From contig JBALDB010000060.1 of assembly GCA_036918135.1 (NCBI GenBank), positions 2,045 to 66,044 on the forward strand: a DNA stretch of 64,000 nt, given 5' to 3'. The translations under genes were made by a program, and so were the position numbers. Each line of letters opens with the position of its first letter. Positions within the stretch are counted from its first letter, which is position 1. This DNA comes from Nostoc sp. Lineage in GTDB: Bacteria; Cyanobacteriota; Cyanobacteriia; Cyanobacteriales; Nostocaceae. The notes beneath the pieces are model-generated. The model was given only the letters and a program-made list of their open reading frames with translations, was not told where the DNA came from and did no database searches. Below, in pieces: positions 1 to 9,066 of this stretch.

Positions 1-1
1 A

Positions 2-739
2 GTGCTAATTGATTTCGGTGTTGGCAAACAAATTGCTGACATTAACGAAATCAGAACTTCTAACCAAGTAACTTTTGTTGGTAAAATGTCTCTCGTTGGT
101 AAAGTGGGGTATGCTCCGCGCGAGCAGATTAGCTTGGGTTTATGTTCTCCCTCTAGTGACCTTTATGCTTTGGGAGTAACAGCTATTGTACTGCTCACAG
201 GTCGAGATCCATCTTTATTAATGGATCAGTATTCATTAGAATGGAACTGGCGTTATTATGCGTATGTTACTGATGGTTTGACTCAAATACTCGATTGCAT
301 GTTAGCAGATAGACCCAACAAGCGATATCAAGTAGCTAGAGAAGTAATCACAGATTTAGAGCGTCTCGAACAACCAAAAATAGTAACGTCTCCTGCAATT
401 ATGATTGATTTACCTAATACGGTATTTAATCCGAAATATCAGGCGATGTCGGCAATTTCCGAATCATATAACCAAGTTGAAGAGACCATTTTTAGTTCGC
501 CAGCCTTATCTGTGAATTCCCAAACTGAGCGAATTGAACAACCTTCGCTTAATCCAGTATTTATTAAACATTGTCAACAGCAGTTAGCTTACTATATCGG
601 CCCAATGGCAAATTTTGTTATAGAAGAAATCTTGGCTCGAAATCCTTACACTTCACCCGACCAATTTGTCGAACTAATAGCGACAGAAATTCCTGACTCT
701 AAAGCAGCTTTTGAATTTAAAAAAAGCTTATTTTTGTAG
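2..739 (+). CDS. Ser/Thr protein kinase, C-terminal part (5' end outside window), with a small C-terminal helical domain
   Basis: Kinase subdomains VII-XI: LIDFG (DFG), GYAPREQ (APE-like), SDLYALG, RPNKRY. Low-complexity linker then a ~65-aa helical domain (CQQQLAYYIGPMANFVIEE...). Confidence 0.85.
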   Translation: MLIDFGVGKQIADINEIRTSNQVTFVGKMSLVGKVGYAPREQISLGLCSPSSDLYALGVTAIVLLTGRDPSLLMDQYSLEWNWRYYAYVTDGLTQILDCMLADRPNKRYQVAREVITDLERLEQPKIVTSPAIMIDLPNTVFNPKYQAMSAISESYNQVEETIFSSPALSVNSQTERIEQPSLNPVFIKHCQQQLAYYIGPMANFVIEEILARNPYTSPDQFVELIATEIPDSKAAFEFKKSLFL

Positions 740-899
740 GTATTTAGACAAGCACTAATCTAGTGGTGATTTTTAAGTTACTGTCAGTATAATTCAGGAT
801 TCAGAAGTCAAAAGTTCTAAGTTATACAAATTCCTATAAATTATCCCAATGTTGAAGTAATCTGCCTCCTGAATTCTGACTCCTGAATTATTACATTTT

Positions 900-1808
900 T
901 TAATCTGTTGTACCTCCCTGAGTGCGTTTGATTCTTTTCATTGCCATTTCTAAACTTAATTGCATTCTTTTAAAGGCCCTCGCTAGATTACCAATTTCAT
1001 CATTAGACATCTGCTCAAATTCAACTTCCATATGTCCCGTACTAACTTCCTCTGCGATGCGAGTCATGCGTTTGAGAGGTATAACAACTTGTCGATTCAA
1101 GAAAAAGTTGACTAATAGGATCGTTGCGATAAAAATAGTTGATACAATTAGAACAATTAGTAAAGAAGATTGATTGGCTTTGTTAATAACGTTATTTGCT
1201 GGTACTGATATAATCTGAGCGCCAATAATTTCATTCAGCTTCCACCCAAATCCATTAGCTGTACCATAAAGAGTAATCATACTTTGAGGTGCAGCTTCAG
1301 GTACGCTATGACACTTCAAGCAGCTTTGTTCAGAAACCGGCAACGGACGAGCAATGTAAAAAATATCCCCACCTGGAATTGAGCGAAATCCACTCAGTTC
1401 CTTCAAATCTGATTTATTTCTGAACTTTTCTACAATTTCTGTCTCAAAAGCGTCTGCTTTATCTCGAAGATTACTAGGATTGAGAGTTGCTTCTTTATAA
1501 AAGAAATCACGGTAGTCTGTTGTTTTCCGCAAAATTTCAAATACCTCCCGTGCTGAGTATGCAGGTACACTTTGCGGCAAAAACTCTGTTGCTAATTTAT
1601 CAGCTAACTCTGGATTCACCTGAGTACTGGTGTATTTGCGAACAGAACTCATTGTTTGCATCAGCATCAGAGCTGTTGAGCTAATATCTTGTTTGGCATT
1701 CTCCCTTAGCAAAGAAGAAAGAGCAAATCCACTTAAGCTCAGACCAAATGTCAAAATTAGTACTAGCAGAATTGTAAATTTTTGTTTCAAATTCAGATTC
1801 TTTAGCAT
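900..1808 (-). CDS. Membrane sensor: TM - DUF3365/Tll0287-like c-type heme domain - TM - HAMP, no output domain
   Basis: N-terminal TM (FTILLVLILTFGLSLSGFAL), CxxCH heme motif CLKCH, YKEATLNP..N motif typical of DUF3365, second TM, HAMP (PLKRMTRIAEEVSTG...DEIGNLARAFKRM), stop about 15 aa later. Confidence 0.85.
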   Translation of the reverse strand: MLKNLNLKQKFTILLVLILTFGLSLSGFALSSLLRENAKQDISSTALMLMQTMSSVRKYTSTQVNPELADKLATEFLPQSVPAYSAREVFEILRKTTDYRDFFYKEATLNPSNLRDKADAFETEIVEKFRNKSDLKELSGFRSIPGGDIFYIARPLPVSEQSCLKCHSVPEAAPQSMITLYGTANGFGWKLNEIIGAQIISVPANNVINKANQSSLLIVLIVSTIFIATILLVNFFLNRQVVIPLKRMTRIAEEVSTGHMEVEFEQMSNDEIGNLARAFKRMQLSLEMAMKRIKRTQGGTTD

Positions 1809-2109
1809 AATTTTAGATTACCTACAAGTCAAATTATTATGAGCAAATATTGCTAAAGTTATCGTTTACTCTAGCACGAGCAATCAACTTTCATATTTTG
1901 GTGTAAAGGCATAGTTTAGCTAAAACTATGAAGGTATATCCAACTTTATACTATTAATTAATAGTTACTATTGAGGTGAATGAAAATGTTATCTAAGTAA
2001 TTAACTTATAGAAAGCTACAACAGGAATTCCAATGAAATTGCCAAAAATTCATATTGGCTGTTCTGATACCGTGCCAAAATAAGTACTAAAAAACGTTAA
2101 ATATTACTA

Positions 2110-4026
2110 ATGGTGTGGAATCCAGGAAAGTCTTTATTTGGAGGGCGCTACATTATTGAAAGCCAACTGGGCGAAGGTGGAATTGGCATTACTTATCTTG
2201 CCAGAAATCAACGAAATCAACTGCGAGTGATTAAAACCCTCAAAGAAGAAATTTTGAATCACCCCGCTTGGATACTTCACCGAAATAAATTACGACAAGA
2301 CTTCCGTGATGAAGCAGTTCGGTTGGCTGTGTGCCATCATCCTCATGTAGTGCAAGTAGAAAACGTTTTTGATGAAGGAAATTTGCCTTGCATGGTGATG
2401 GAGTACATCCAAGGCGAAGACTTAGGACAACGCTTGAAGCGGATAGGTCTGCTATCAGAAACAGAAGCACTGTTGTATATCCGGCAAATTGGCGATGCTT
2501 TAACGCTAATTCACTCTAAGGGCTTGCTGCATCGAGATTTAAAACCGCGCAACATCATGATTCGCATTGAGAAATCAGAAGCGGTACTGATAGACTTTGG
2601 CATTTCCAGAGAATTTATTCCCAATGTCATTCAAAGGCACACAGTTTATCGCACTCCTGGTTTTGCCCCACCTGAACAGTATGAATTAGAAGCACCACGA
2701 GGAGAATACATTGATATTTACGCCCTAGCTGCTACTTTGTATAATTTGCTAACAGGAGTTATCCCGACAAGTGCAGACGATCGCCGTCACAATGTTAATT
2801 TAGAATCACCACAATATTTTAATCCCAGCATCAGTAAGAGAGTAAATCAAGCTATTATGTGCGGCATGGATTTGGAGTCAACTTATCGTCCCCAATCCGT
2901 GCAAGAGTGGTTAAATTTACTGGAATACGATCCTAGAGAAGATTCAGCAACAATACCACTGTCTTTAGCGAGCAAGCCTAGAGGACAATCGCCTCCACTT
3001 AGTGTGCAATCGCCTGGACTTGTTGTATTAGATCGGCAGAAATGGCAATGCATACAGACCCTTAAAGGTCATTCTAGTATGGTTCATGCGATCGCCATTA
3101 GCCCAGACGGACAATTTCTTGCTAGTGGCAGCAATGACAAAACTATCAAACTTTGGCAGTTGGGTACTGGTAAGCTAGTACGTCAACTGGGTCGTTGGTT
3201 TTCTGGTCATTCCAGTATGGTTGATTCTGTTGCCTTTAGCCCAATATCCTCAAATTCTTTTTCTCAAGCCGAGTCTGGCAGAACTGGAGGAATCACAGAT
3301 AACAACTGGGGAATCTTAGCTAGCGGTAGTTGGGATAACACGATTAAATTATGGGATATCAACACAGGTAAAGAAATTCGTACTCTCATCGGTCATACTA
3401 ACTGGGTAAATTCTGTCGCCTTTAGTCCAGATGGCAAGCTTTTAGTTAGTGGTAGTGCTGACTGCACAATTAAACTATGGCAGGTACACACTGGCATAGA
3501 AATCCAAACTTTTACAGGTCATTTCGATCCAGTTTCATCAGTCGCCTACTGTTTGAGAACAGCTACAACCAGCAACAGCCAACAGAGACAGCTTGTAGCT
3601 AGTGGTAGTAATGACTGCACGATTAAACTGTGGCAAGTATACACAGGCAGAAACATTAATACACTTGTTGGACATACCTTTTTTGTCAACTGTATCGCCT
3701 TTAGCCAGGATGGAGAAATTATTGCCAGTGGTAGTGGTGACAACACAATTAAACTGTGGCATGTAAACACAGGCAAAGAAATTCGCACTCTCACTGGTCA
3801 TTCTGATTCAGTTTGGTCAGTCGCCTTTAGCCAGGATAGGCAATTTCTCGCTAGTGGTAGTTGGGACAACACCATTAAACTTTGGCATTTACACAGTGGT
3901 AGAGAAGTCAGCACACTAATAGGGCATTCCAGCTATGTGAGATGCGTCGCCTTCAGTCCCGATGGACAAACCTTAGTCAGTGGCGGCGATGACGATACTA
4001 TCAAGATTTGGCGAAGGGGGAAGTGA
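2110..4026 (+). CDS. Ser/Thr protein kinase with C-terminal WD40 repeats
   Basis: LGEGGIG, HRDLKPRN, DFG, APPE kinase motifs; about seven GH...WD/W-type repeats (GHTNWVNSVAFSPDG...TIKLW). Confidence 0.95.
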   Translation: MVWNPGKSLFGGRYIIESQLGEGGIGITYLARNQRNQLRVIKTLKEEILNHPAWILHRNKLRQDFRDEAVRLAVCHHPHVVQVENVFDEGNLPCMVMEYIQGEDLGQRLKRIGLLSETEALLYIRQIGDALTLIHSKGLLHRDLKPRNIMIRIEKSEAVLIDFGISREFIPNVIQRHTVYRTPGFAPPEQYELEAPRGEYIDIYALAATLYNLLTGVIPTSADDRRHNVNLESPQYFNPSISKRVNQAIMCGMDLESTYRPQSVQEWLNLLEYDPREDSATIPLSLASKPRGQSPPLSVQSPGLVVLDRQKWQCIQTLKGHSSMVHAIAISPDGQFLASGSNDKTIKLWQLGTGKLVRQLGRWFSGHSSMVDSVAFSPISSNSFSQAESGRTGGITDNNWGILASGSWDNTIKLWDINTGKEIRTLIGHTNWVNSVAFSPDGKLLVSGSADCTIKLWQVHTGIEIQTFTGHFDPVSSVAYCLRTATTSNSQQRQLVASGSNDCTIKLWQVYTGRNINTLVGHTFFVNCIAFSQDGEIIASGSGDNTIKLWHVNTGKEIRTLTGHSDSVWSVAFSQDRQFLASGSWDNTIKLWHLHSGREVSTLIGHSSYVRCVAFSPDGQTLVSGGDDDTIKIWRRGK

Positions 4027-4172
4027 AAAAATAAAGGGCACAGGGGAGAATAATAACTTCTAACTCAACACTTAACACTCCCCACCTCTTCCAACCTTCC
4101 GATAGAATTACGATCGCTTAAAAGTTGTCAAAATAATGGCGGCAACCATTAGTTTGAACAGTAAACAATATT

Positions 4173-5063
4173 ATGGGCTTTGGTATTGGTGATTTATTCT
4201 GGATTTTCCTGCTTCTTACATCTTTGCAACCCCTTTGGCAAAAACGCCAAATCGAATATCGACGCTTGCGTGCATTACAAGAATTTCAGCAGCAACGCAA
4301 AAGTCGGGTGATTTTGCTAATTCATCGCCAAGAGTCCATTAGCTTCTTAGGAATTCCCTTATCTCGCTACATTACTATCGAAGATTCAGAACAGATCCTA
4401 CGAGCAATTCGTCTCACTCCCCCAGATGTGCCAATTGACTTAATTTTGCATACTCCCGGTGGTTTGGTCTTAGCTACCGAACAAATCGCTAGAGCATTAA
4501 TTCGCCACCAAGCAAAAGTCACAGTCTTCGTACCTCACTATGCTATGAGCGGCGGTACAATGTTAGCTCTCGCTTCTGATGAAATTGTTATGGACGCTAA
4601 CGCTGTTTTGGGGCCAGTCGATCCCCAACTCGGTAACTTTCCAGCAGCAAGTATCCTCAAAGTAGTTGAAGATAAACCCATTAGTGAGATTGATGACCAA
4701 ACCCTGATTATGGCTGACCTTTCACGTAAAGCAATAGGGCAAGTACAGCGGTTTGTGCGAACTCTGCTCAAGGACAGTATACCCAAACAAAAAGTTCAGC
4801 CAGAAAATATCGAATCAATTATCGAAGCCTTGACAACTGGGCGTGTCACCCATGACTATCCCATTACTGTCGAGGAAGCAACAGAAATGGGGCTGCCCAT
4901 AACTGTTGGACTGCCCCATTCTATTTACGATTTGATGGATTTGTACCCACAGCCACAAGGAGGGCGACCCACTGTCCAGTACATTCCTATGCCTTACAAT
5001 GACCGTAATCCAGCTCTACCTGTACCTAAAGGCAGACCTTTAGAAGAACCAAATAATTCGTAA
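4173..5063 (+). CDS. ClpP-fold serine protease (SDH_sah/DUF114 family)
   Basis: LILHTPGG, AMSGGTMLALA (catalytic Ser), LGPVDPQ, THDYPI motifs; N-terminal membrane anchor. Confidence 0.85.
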   Translation: MGFGIGDLFWIFLLLTSLQPLWQKRQIEYRRLRALQEFQQQRKSRVILLIHRQESISFLGIPLSRYITIEDSEQILRAIRLTPPDVPIDLILHTPGGLVLATEQIARALIRHQAKVTVFVPHYAMSGGTMLALASDEIVMDANAVLGPVDPQLGNFPAASILKVVEDKPISEIDDQTLIMADLSRKAIGQVQRFVRTLLKDSIPKQKVQPENIESIIEALTTGRVTHDYPITVEEATEMGLPITVGLPHSIYDLMDLYPQPQGGRPTVQYIPMPYNDRNPALPVPKGRPLEEPNNS

Positions 5064-5253
5064 TTTATAATTCGTAATTCGTAATTCTTAATTAAACTAC
5101 AGAGCAATTAACTTGAGTTCTCAAGATAATACACCTGGCATTTGACTTCAAAGCAAGCAGACTTATCTGAGAAGTCTGAATTACAAATTTGAGAATTAAC
5201 AATTACGAATTATCTTGAGTTGAGGCTTTGAGCTTAGAATTTGTTGGTGAGGA

Positions 5254-5943
5254 TTAAGGTGTAGCCGTCGGTGTAGCTGTTGGTGTAGTCGTTGGTGTAG
5301 TCGTTGGTGTAGTCGTTGGTGTAGTCGTTGGTGTAGTCGTTGGTGTAGTCGTTGGTGTAGCTGTTGGTGTAGCCGTTGGTGTAGCCGTTGGTCTAGTCGT
5401 CGGTCTAGTCGTTGGTCTAGTCGTCGGTCTAGTCGTTGGTCTAGGCGATGGCTGAGGAGCTGGCTGACCCGAAACTGTCTTTGCTTCTTCATTCAGCTTT
5501 TGCCGGAGTGATAAATTAGCAATTCCAGTTTCTTGCAACTGATTTTTCTTCTGGTATTCCTTCACAACTGCTTCTGTCTGCGGACCATAAAAGCGATCGC
5601 GGGGAAGGGGAGGATTTGGCTTCACAACCGTATTCAAATTTCCTTGCAGAATTCTGATGATATTACCAGCATAATCTTGGGTTTTTGGTCCAGCTATCCC
5701 ATCAACTGGTTTTAGCTTATAACCAGTCTGAAATTCACGAATTGCTTTTTTAGTTTCTTCGTCCGTCAAGGGTGTATTTATTAGCTTGACGTTATAGCCT
5801 AATCCCCGTAACACAGCACGAAATTGCTGTGGCGTATAACTACGTTGAGGGGCTGCGAAACCTGTGTCTGCAATTACTATGCTGGCAGTTAACAGGCAAG
5901 TAGCAGCAAAAGTTGCGCTTGATTTTCCAAACCCACACCACAT
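5254..5943 (-). CDS. Secreted peptidoglycan-binding domain protein with Thr/Pro repeat tail
   Basis: Signal peptide; two PG_binding_1-like repeats (TKKAIREFQ...VDGIAGPKT; YGPQTEAVVKEYQ...ETGIA); C-terminal (T-T/A-R/T-P)n tail. Confidence 0.85.
   Translation of the reverse strand: MWCGFGKSSATFAATCLLTASIVIADTGFAAPQRSYTPQQFRAVLRGLGYNVKLINTPLTDEETKKAIREFQTGYKLKPVDGIAGPKTQDYAGNIIRILQGNLNTVVKPNPPLPRDRFYGPQTEAVVKEYQKKNQLQETGIANLSLRQKLNEEAKTVSGQPAPQPSPRPTTRPTTRPTTRPTTRPTATPTATPTATPTTTPTTTPTTTPTTTPTTTPTTTPTATPTATP
5257..5448. repeat. 12-bp coding tandem repeat, about 16 units (GGTGTAGTCGTT consensus)
   Basis: Direct reading; encodes TTRP x4, TATP x3, TTTP x6, TATP x2 on the minus strand. Confidence 0.95.
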
Positions 5944-6153
5944 ATTAAAAACTCCTTCGGATCAAATCAGCAGGATTATAGACATTAACAGCTGCATTTT
6001 AAGTTTCTTTAATAACTTTTTTCGCGATTATTTAATGATTTTTGCATAATTTGTAATTTATATTTGTCAAATTTAGCTAAATCTATAATAGATAATTTGT
6101 GTCATCCATCAAAAGAAGTATTTTGTCTTAGCTAAGATAATCGGTTGTCAAAC

Positions 6154-6587
6154 AATTTTGGATTTGAGAATTTGCGTTAAGGAATCTGCGAACGTTTTTT
6201 AGACTAGCCGCACTCACAAAAAGAGGCAGTACGGTCTTGGGTCTTTCCAACAAGGAGCAACTGCCATGCTGGATATGAATCAAAACAACTAATCTAAAAT
6301 CTGTTTTCAAAAGCTTTGTCTTTGTTCGCTGGAAGCCAAGGTTAACGCCAGTTGCCTTAAATCAGGAAACCATGCATGGTAGTCGCTCATAGTCAGCCAG
6401 TCGGCTGTTGATGGTTCCAACAGTTGTAGGAACTGGCGTGGAAAGCTCCTATTTTGCGTGCTGCCGACGCTCCTATCTTAAAAAGTCGAACAGAGATACG
6501 CTAACACCAAGCGACTAGCTCAAGTTTTGTCTCTGACACGCTAAGCGTAGCTTGCTTCTCTGTAGGAGTACGCAAAATCTAAAATTC
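6154..6587. repeat. Composite aggregate of small dispersed repeats bounded by inverted STRR-like ends
   Basis: Left end ATTTTGGATTTGAGA (6155-6169), right end AAAATCTAAAATTC (6574-6587); internal inverted pairs GGCAGT..ACTGCC and ACGCCAGTT (6345)..AACTGGCGT (6431); GCGTAGCTTGCTTC..GTACGC unit at 6545-6573. Confidence 0.75.
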
Positions 6588-6619
6588 ACAATTAGCTAAA
6601 GTATAATACAAAACAAAAA

Positions 6620-8059
6620 ATGAAAAATATAAAAATTAATCAGCAGCCTAACCTTTGGCTTGAAAGATTTATGGCAATCGTTGCCACAGTAAATTTAGGG
6701 TTAGTTTTGTTTGATTTAAGTTACGTATCTTGGCGTGATTTGTACTTGCAAAAACTTCCTCGAATTGTCCAGATTTATGACCCAATTAAAGGTATTGAAC
6801 CGCATCGAGAGACGAAAAAGTATCTAGAAACGCTAAACGCATTAGAAGAACAAGTCAGCCAAACAGGGTTACAGTCACCTGAAGTAAAAAGCAGGCTAGA
6901 TGAAATAACTCGTCTTAGCAACGAAATGATTGATACTAACCCATTTGCAGGAGCAAATAAGAGTGGCACTTTAGAAAAAATTAAAAATCGAATGCGCGAT
7001 CGCATCGACAATGAATCTGCAAAACAATCCTTTGCGATTTTTTGGAGTCAACCGTACTTAAGCCAAAAAGGCTGGGCTAAAGAAATTAGTTTTTTCAATC
7101 AGAGAATCCGCCCTTTGATTGCCACTAACTACTACCGCCGAATTGGCGAAAGTGGCAAATTTATTGATAATTTCTGGATTATTGACTCAGTATTTGTGAT
7201 TTTGTTTGCTGTGGAATTACTGGGGCGTACTTTCTTGATTAAACGCCAACACCCTGGTTTTAGCTCCTTAGAAGCACTTTTATGGCGTTGGTATGACCTA
7301 TTTTTACTACTACCCTTTTGGCGATGGTTACGAACTATACCCGTATTAATCCGCCTTGACCAAGCGCGATTACTGAATCTTCACTCAGTGCGGCGGCAAA
7401 TTAATCAAGGGATTGCCGCCAATTTCGCTGAAGAACTTACACAAATTGTAGTAGTGAGGGTAATTAACCAGGTTCAGGGTTCAATTAAGCGGGGTGAGTT
7501 AATCCGATGGCTGTCGCAACAAGAAAATATACGATCCTACATAGATATTAATAATGTTAATGAAATAGAAGCGATCGCAACTCTTTTGGTAAATACAATT
7601 GTTTACCAAGTGCTACCCGAAATCCAACCAGCGATCGTTGCAATTTTGCGTCACAATATCGAAAGCGTCATTCATCAAGTTCCTATCTACCGCAACTTCC
7701 AAAATCTCCCAGGCGTAGGACAAGTCCAAACCCAGCTAAGCGAACAACTAGCAACCCAAATCACAACAAACCTTTACAAAACTTTAGTTAGCGCTGTTGA
7801 AGACCCTGTTGGCGCAAAACTGATGAGCCAGCTAGGAAAAAGTTTCAGCGAGGTATTGACAGCGCAAATTAAAGAAAAACACTTACTTTCACAAATTGAG
7901 AGTTTACTTTTTGACTTTTTAGAGGAAATCAAACTCAACTACGTTCAGCGTTTATCCCAAGAAGATATTGAGCAAATTATCGAGCAAACCAGACGGCTAC
8001 GAACACAGATATCAGTTCCAGCAGTACTCAATAAAGGTACTACTCTTCCAGGAAGATGA
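6620..8059 (+). CDS. Conserved cyanobacterial membrane protein of unknown function
   Basis: 479-aa ORF with an N-terminal TM, a central TM cluster (IDSVFVILFAVELL..; LWRWYDLFLLLPFWRWLR) and a long helical C-terminus. Confidence 0.8.
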   Translation: MKNIKINQQPNLWLERFMAIVATVNLGLVLFDLSYVSWRDLYLQKLPRIVQIYDPIKGIEPHRETKKYLETLNALEEQVSQTGLQSPEVKSRLDEITRLSNEMIDTNPFAGANKSGTLEKIKNRMRDRIDNESAKQSFAIFWSQPYLSQKGWAKEISFFNQRIRPLIATNYYRRIGESGKFIDNFWIIDSVFVILFAVELLGRTFLIKRQHPGFSSLEALLWRWYDLFLLLPFWRWLRTIPVLIRLDQARLLNLHSVRRQINQGIAANFAEELTQIVVVRVINQVQGSIKRGELIRWLSQQENIRSYIDINNVNEIEAIATLLVNTIVYQVLPEIQPAIVAILRHNIESVIHQVPIYRNFQNLPGVGQVQTQLSEQLATQITTNLYKTLVSAVEDPVGAKLMSQLGKSFSEVLTAQIKEKHLLSQIESLLFDFLEEIKLNYVQRLSQEDIEQIIEQTRRLRTQISVPAVLNKGTTLPGR

Positions 8060-8267
8060 AGGAGTTTGGAGGAATGTCAACATAGGAAGTGTAGGGGCAG
8101 AGTAACTCATAACTCTTCACTCAGTACAGCTTAAACGCCCTAAAGAAAGCTAATAGTACTCCCTGTTTGCCCCAAGCCCCACTAGAAAATAAATGCGCTA
8201 AACTCGAATTAGGACGAACTAGCATTGGTTCGTCATAAGACTTCTTGGAAGATATCCTTATCGCAGG

Positions 8268-8292
8268 AAGTGGGTCAAAGCCCACTTTTTTT
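8268..8292 (+). promoter_or_regulatory. rimP leader hairpin
   Basis: AAGTGGG-TCAAAG-CCCACTT followed by a T-run, 14 nt before the rimP ATG; matches the widely conserved GTGGG..CCCAC hairpin preceding rimP. Confidence 0.7.
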
Positions 8293-8305
8293 ATTGAATT
8301 TTCTC

Positions 8306-8767
8306 ATGGCTCATTCATTAGTACCAAAAATTATTGATTTGGCGACACCAGTAGCAGAAGAACTGGGATTGGAATTAGTTGGTGTAGTTTTTCATACTAA
8401 CCAAAGTCCACCAGTGTTGCGGGTAGACATTCGCAATCCTCAGGAAGACACTGGGTTGAACGATTGTGAAAGGATGAGCCGTGCTTTAGAAATCTCCTTA
8501 GATGCTGCGGAAATCTTTCCAGATACTTATGTCTTAGAAGTGTCCAGTCCTGGTATTTCGCGGCAATTGGTCACTGACAGGGAGTTTATTTCTTTTAAAG
8601 GATTTCCTGTTACCATCTCTACTTCCCAACCCTACGACGGACAACAAGAATGGACTGGTCAGTTGATTCGCCGGGATGAAACAGCAGTTTACTTAAACCA
8701 AAAAGGTCGTGTAGTAGAAATTCAGCGCTCCCTAATTACTAGGGTGCAACTAGACGAGCATCGATAA
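8306..8767 (+). CDS. rimP: Ribosome maturation factor RimP
   Basis: [23 protein letters not shown] motifs; first gene of the nusA-infB operon; start placed at ATG 8306 (MAHSLVPK). Confidence 0.95.
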   Translation: MAHSLVPKIIDLATPVAEELGLELVGVVFHTNQSPPVLRVDIRNPQEDTGLNDCERMSRALEISLDAAEIFPDTYVLEVSSPGISRQLVTDREFISFKGFPVTISTSQPYDGQQEWTGQLIRRDETAVYLNQKGRVVEIQRSLITRVQLDEHR

Positions 8768-8774
8768 ACGAATG

Positions 8775-9040
8775 ACTAGGGATTAGGGATTAGGGACTGG
8801 GGATTGGGGAACTCTGAACCCCCTCTGGGGATAAGAGAAGCACAGCAGCAGAAGGGCATACAAGCAGAGCAGCTTCAGGTGCAGAGGGGAAGTTGCAGTC
8901 AGTCTTTCCCCTCTGCTCCTGCCTCCTCTGCCCCCAGCCTATTCCTATGCCCCATTCTCCATGCCCCTAATTTTCACTGGTTTGCCCCACTTTGCTAACT
9001 GGGGAACCGAGTTCCCCAATCCCTAGTCCCCAGTCCCTAT
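8775..9040. repeat. STRR heptamer tracts in inverted orientation enclosing further purine/pyrimidine tracts
   Basis: GGGATTA/GGGACTG/GGGATTG units at ~8778-8808 versus CCCAATC/CCTAGTC/CCCAGTC at ~9015-9038, between rimP and nusA. Confidence 0.85.
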
Positions 9041-9066
9041 TTCCTGATTTTTAAAGGAGATTGCTT

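Noticed and set aside
5196-5492. 98-aa plus-strand ORF with HQRL repeats
   Set aside because: It is an alternative-frame reading of the 12-bp tandem repeat inside the PG-binding gene (the listed peptide corresponds to a shifted minus-strand frame); no independent coding evidence.
8225-8305. N-terminal extension of RimP called by the ORF track
   Set aside because: It runs through the rimP leader hairpin; RimP-like sequence begins at ATG 8306.
8804-8998. 64-aa ORF between rimP and nusA
   Set aside because: Composed of STRR and low-complexity repeat DNA.
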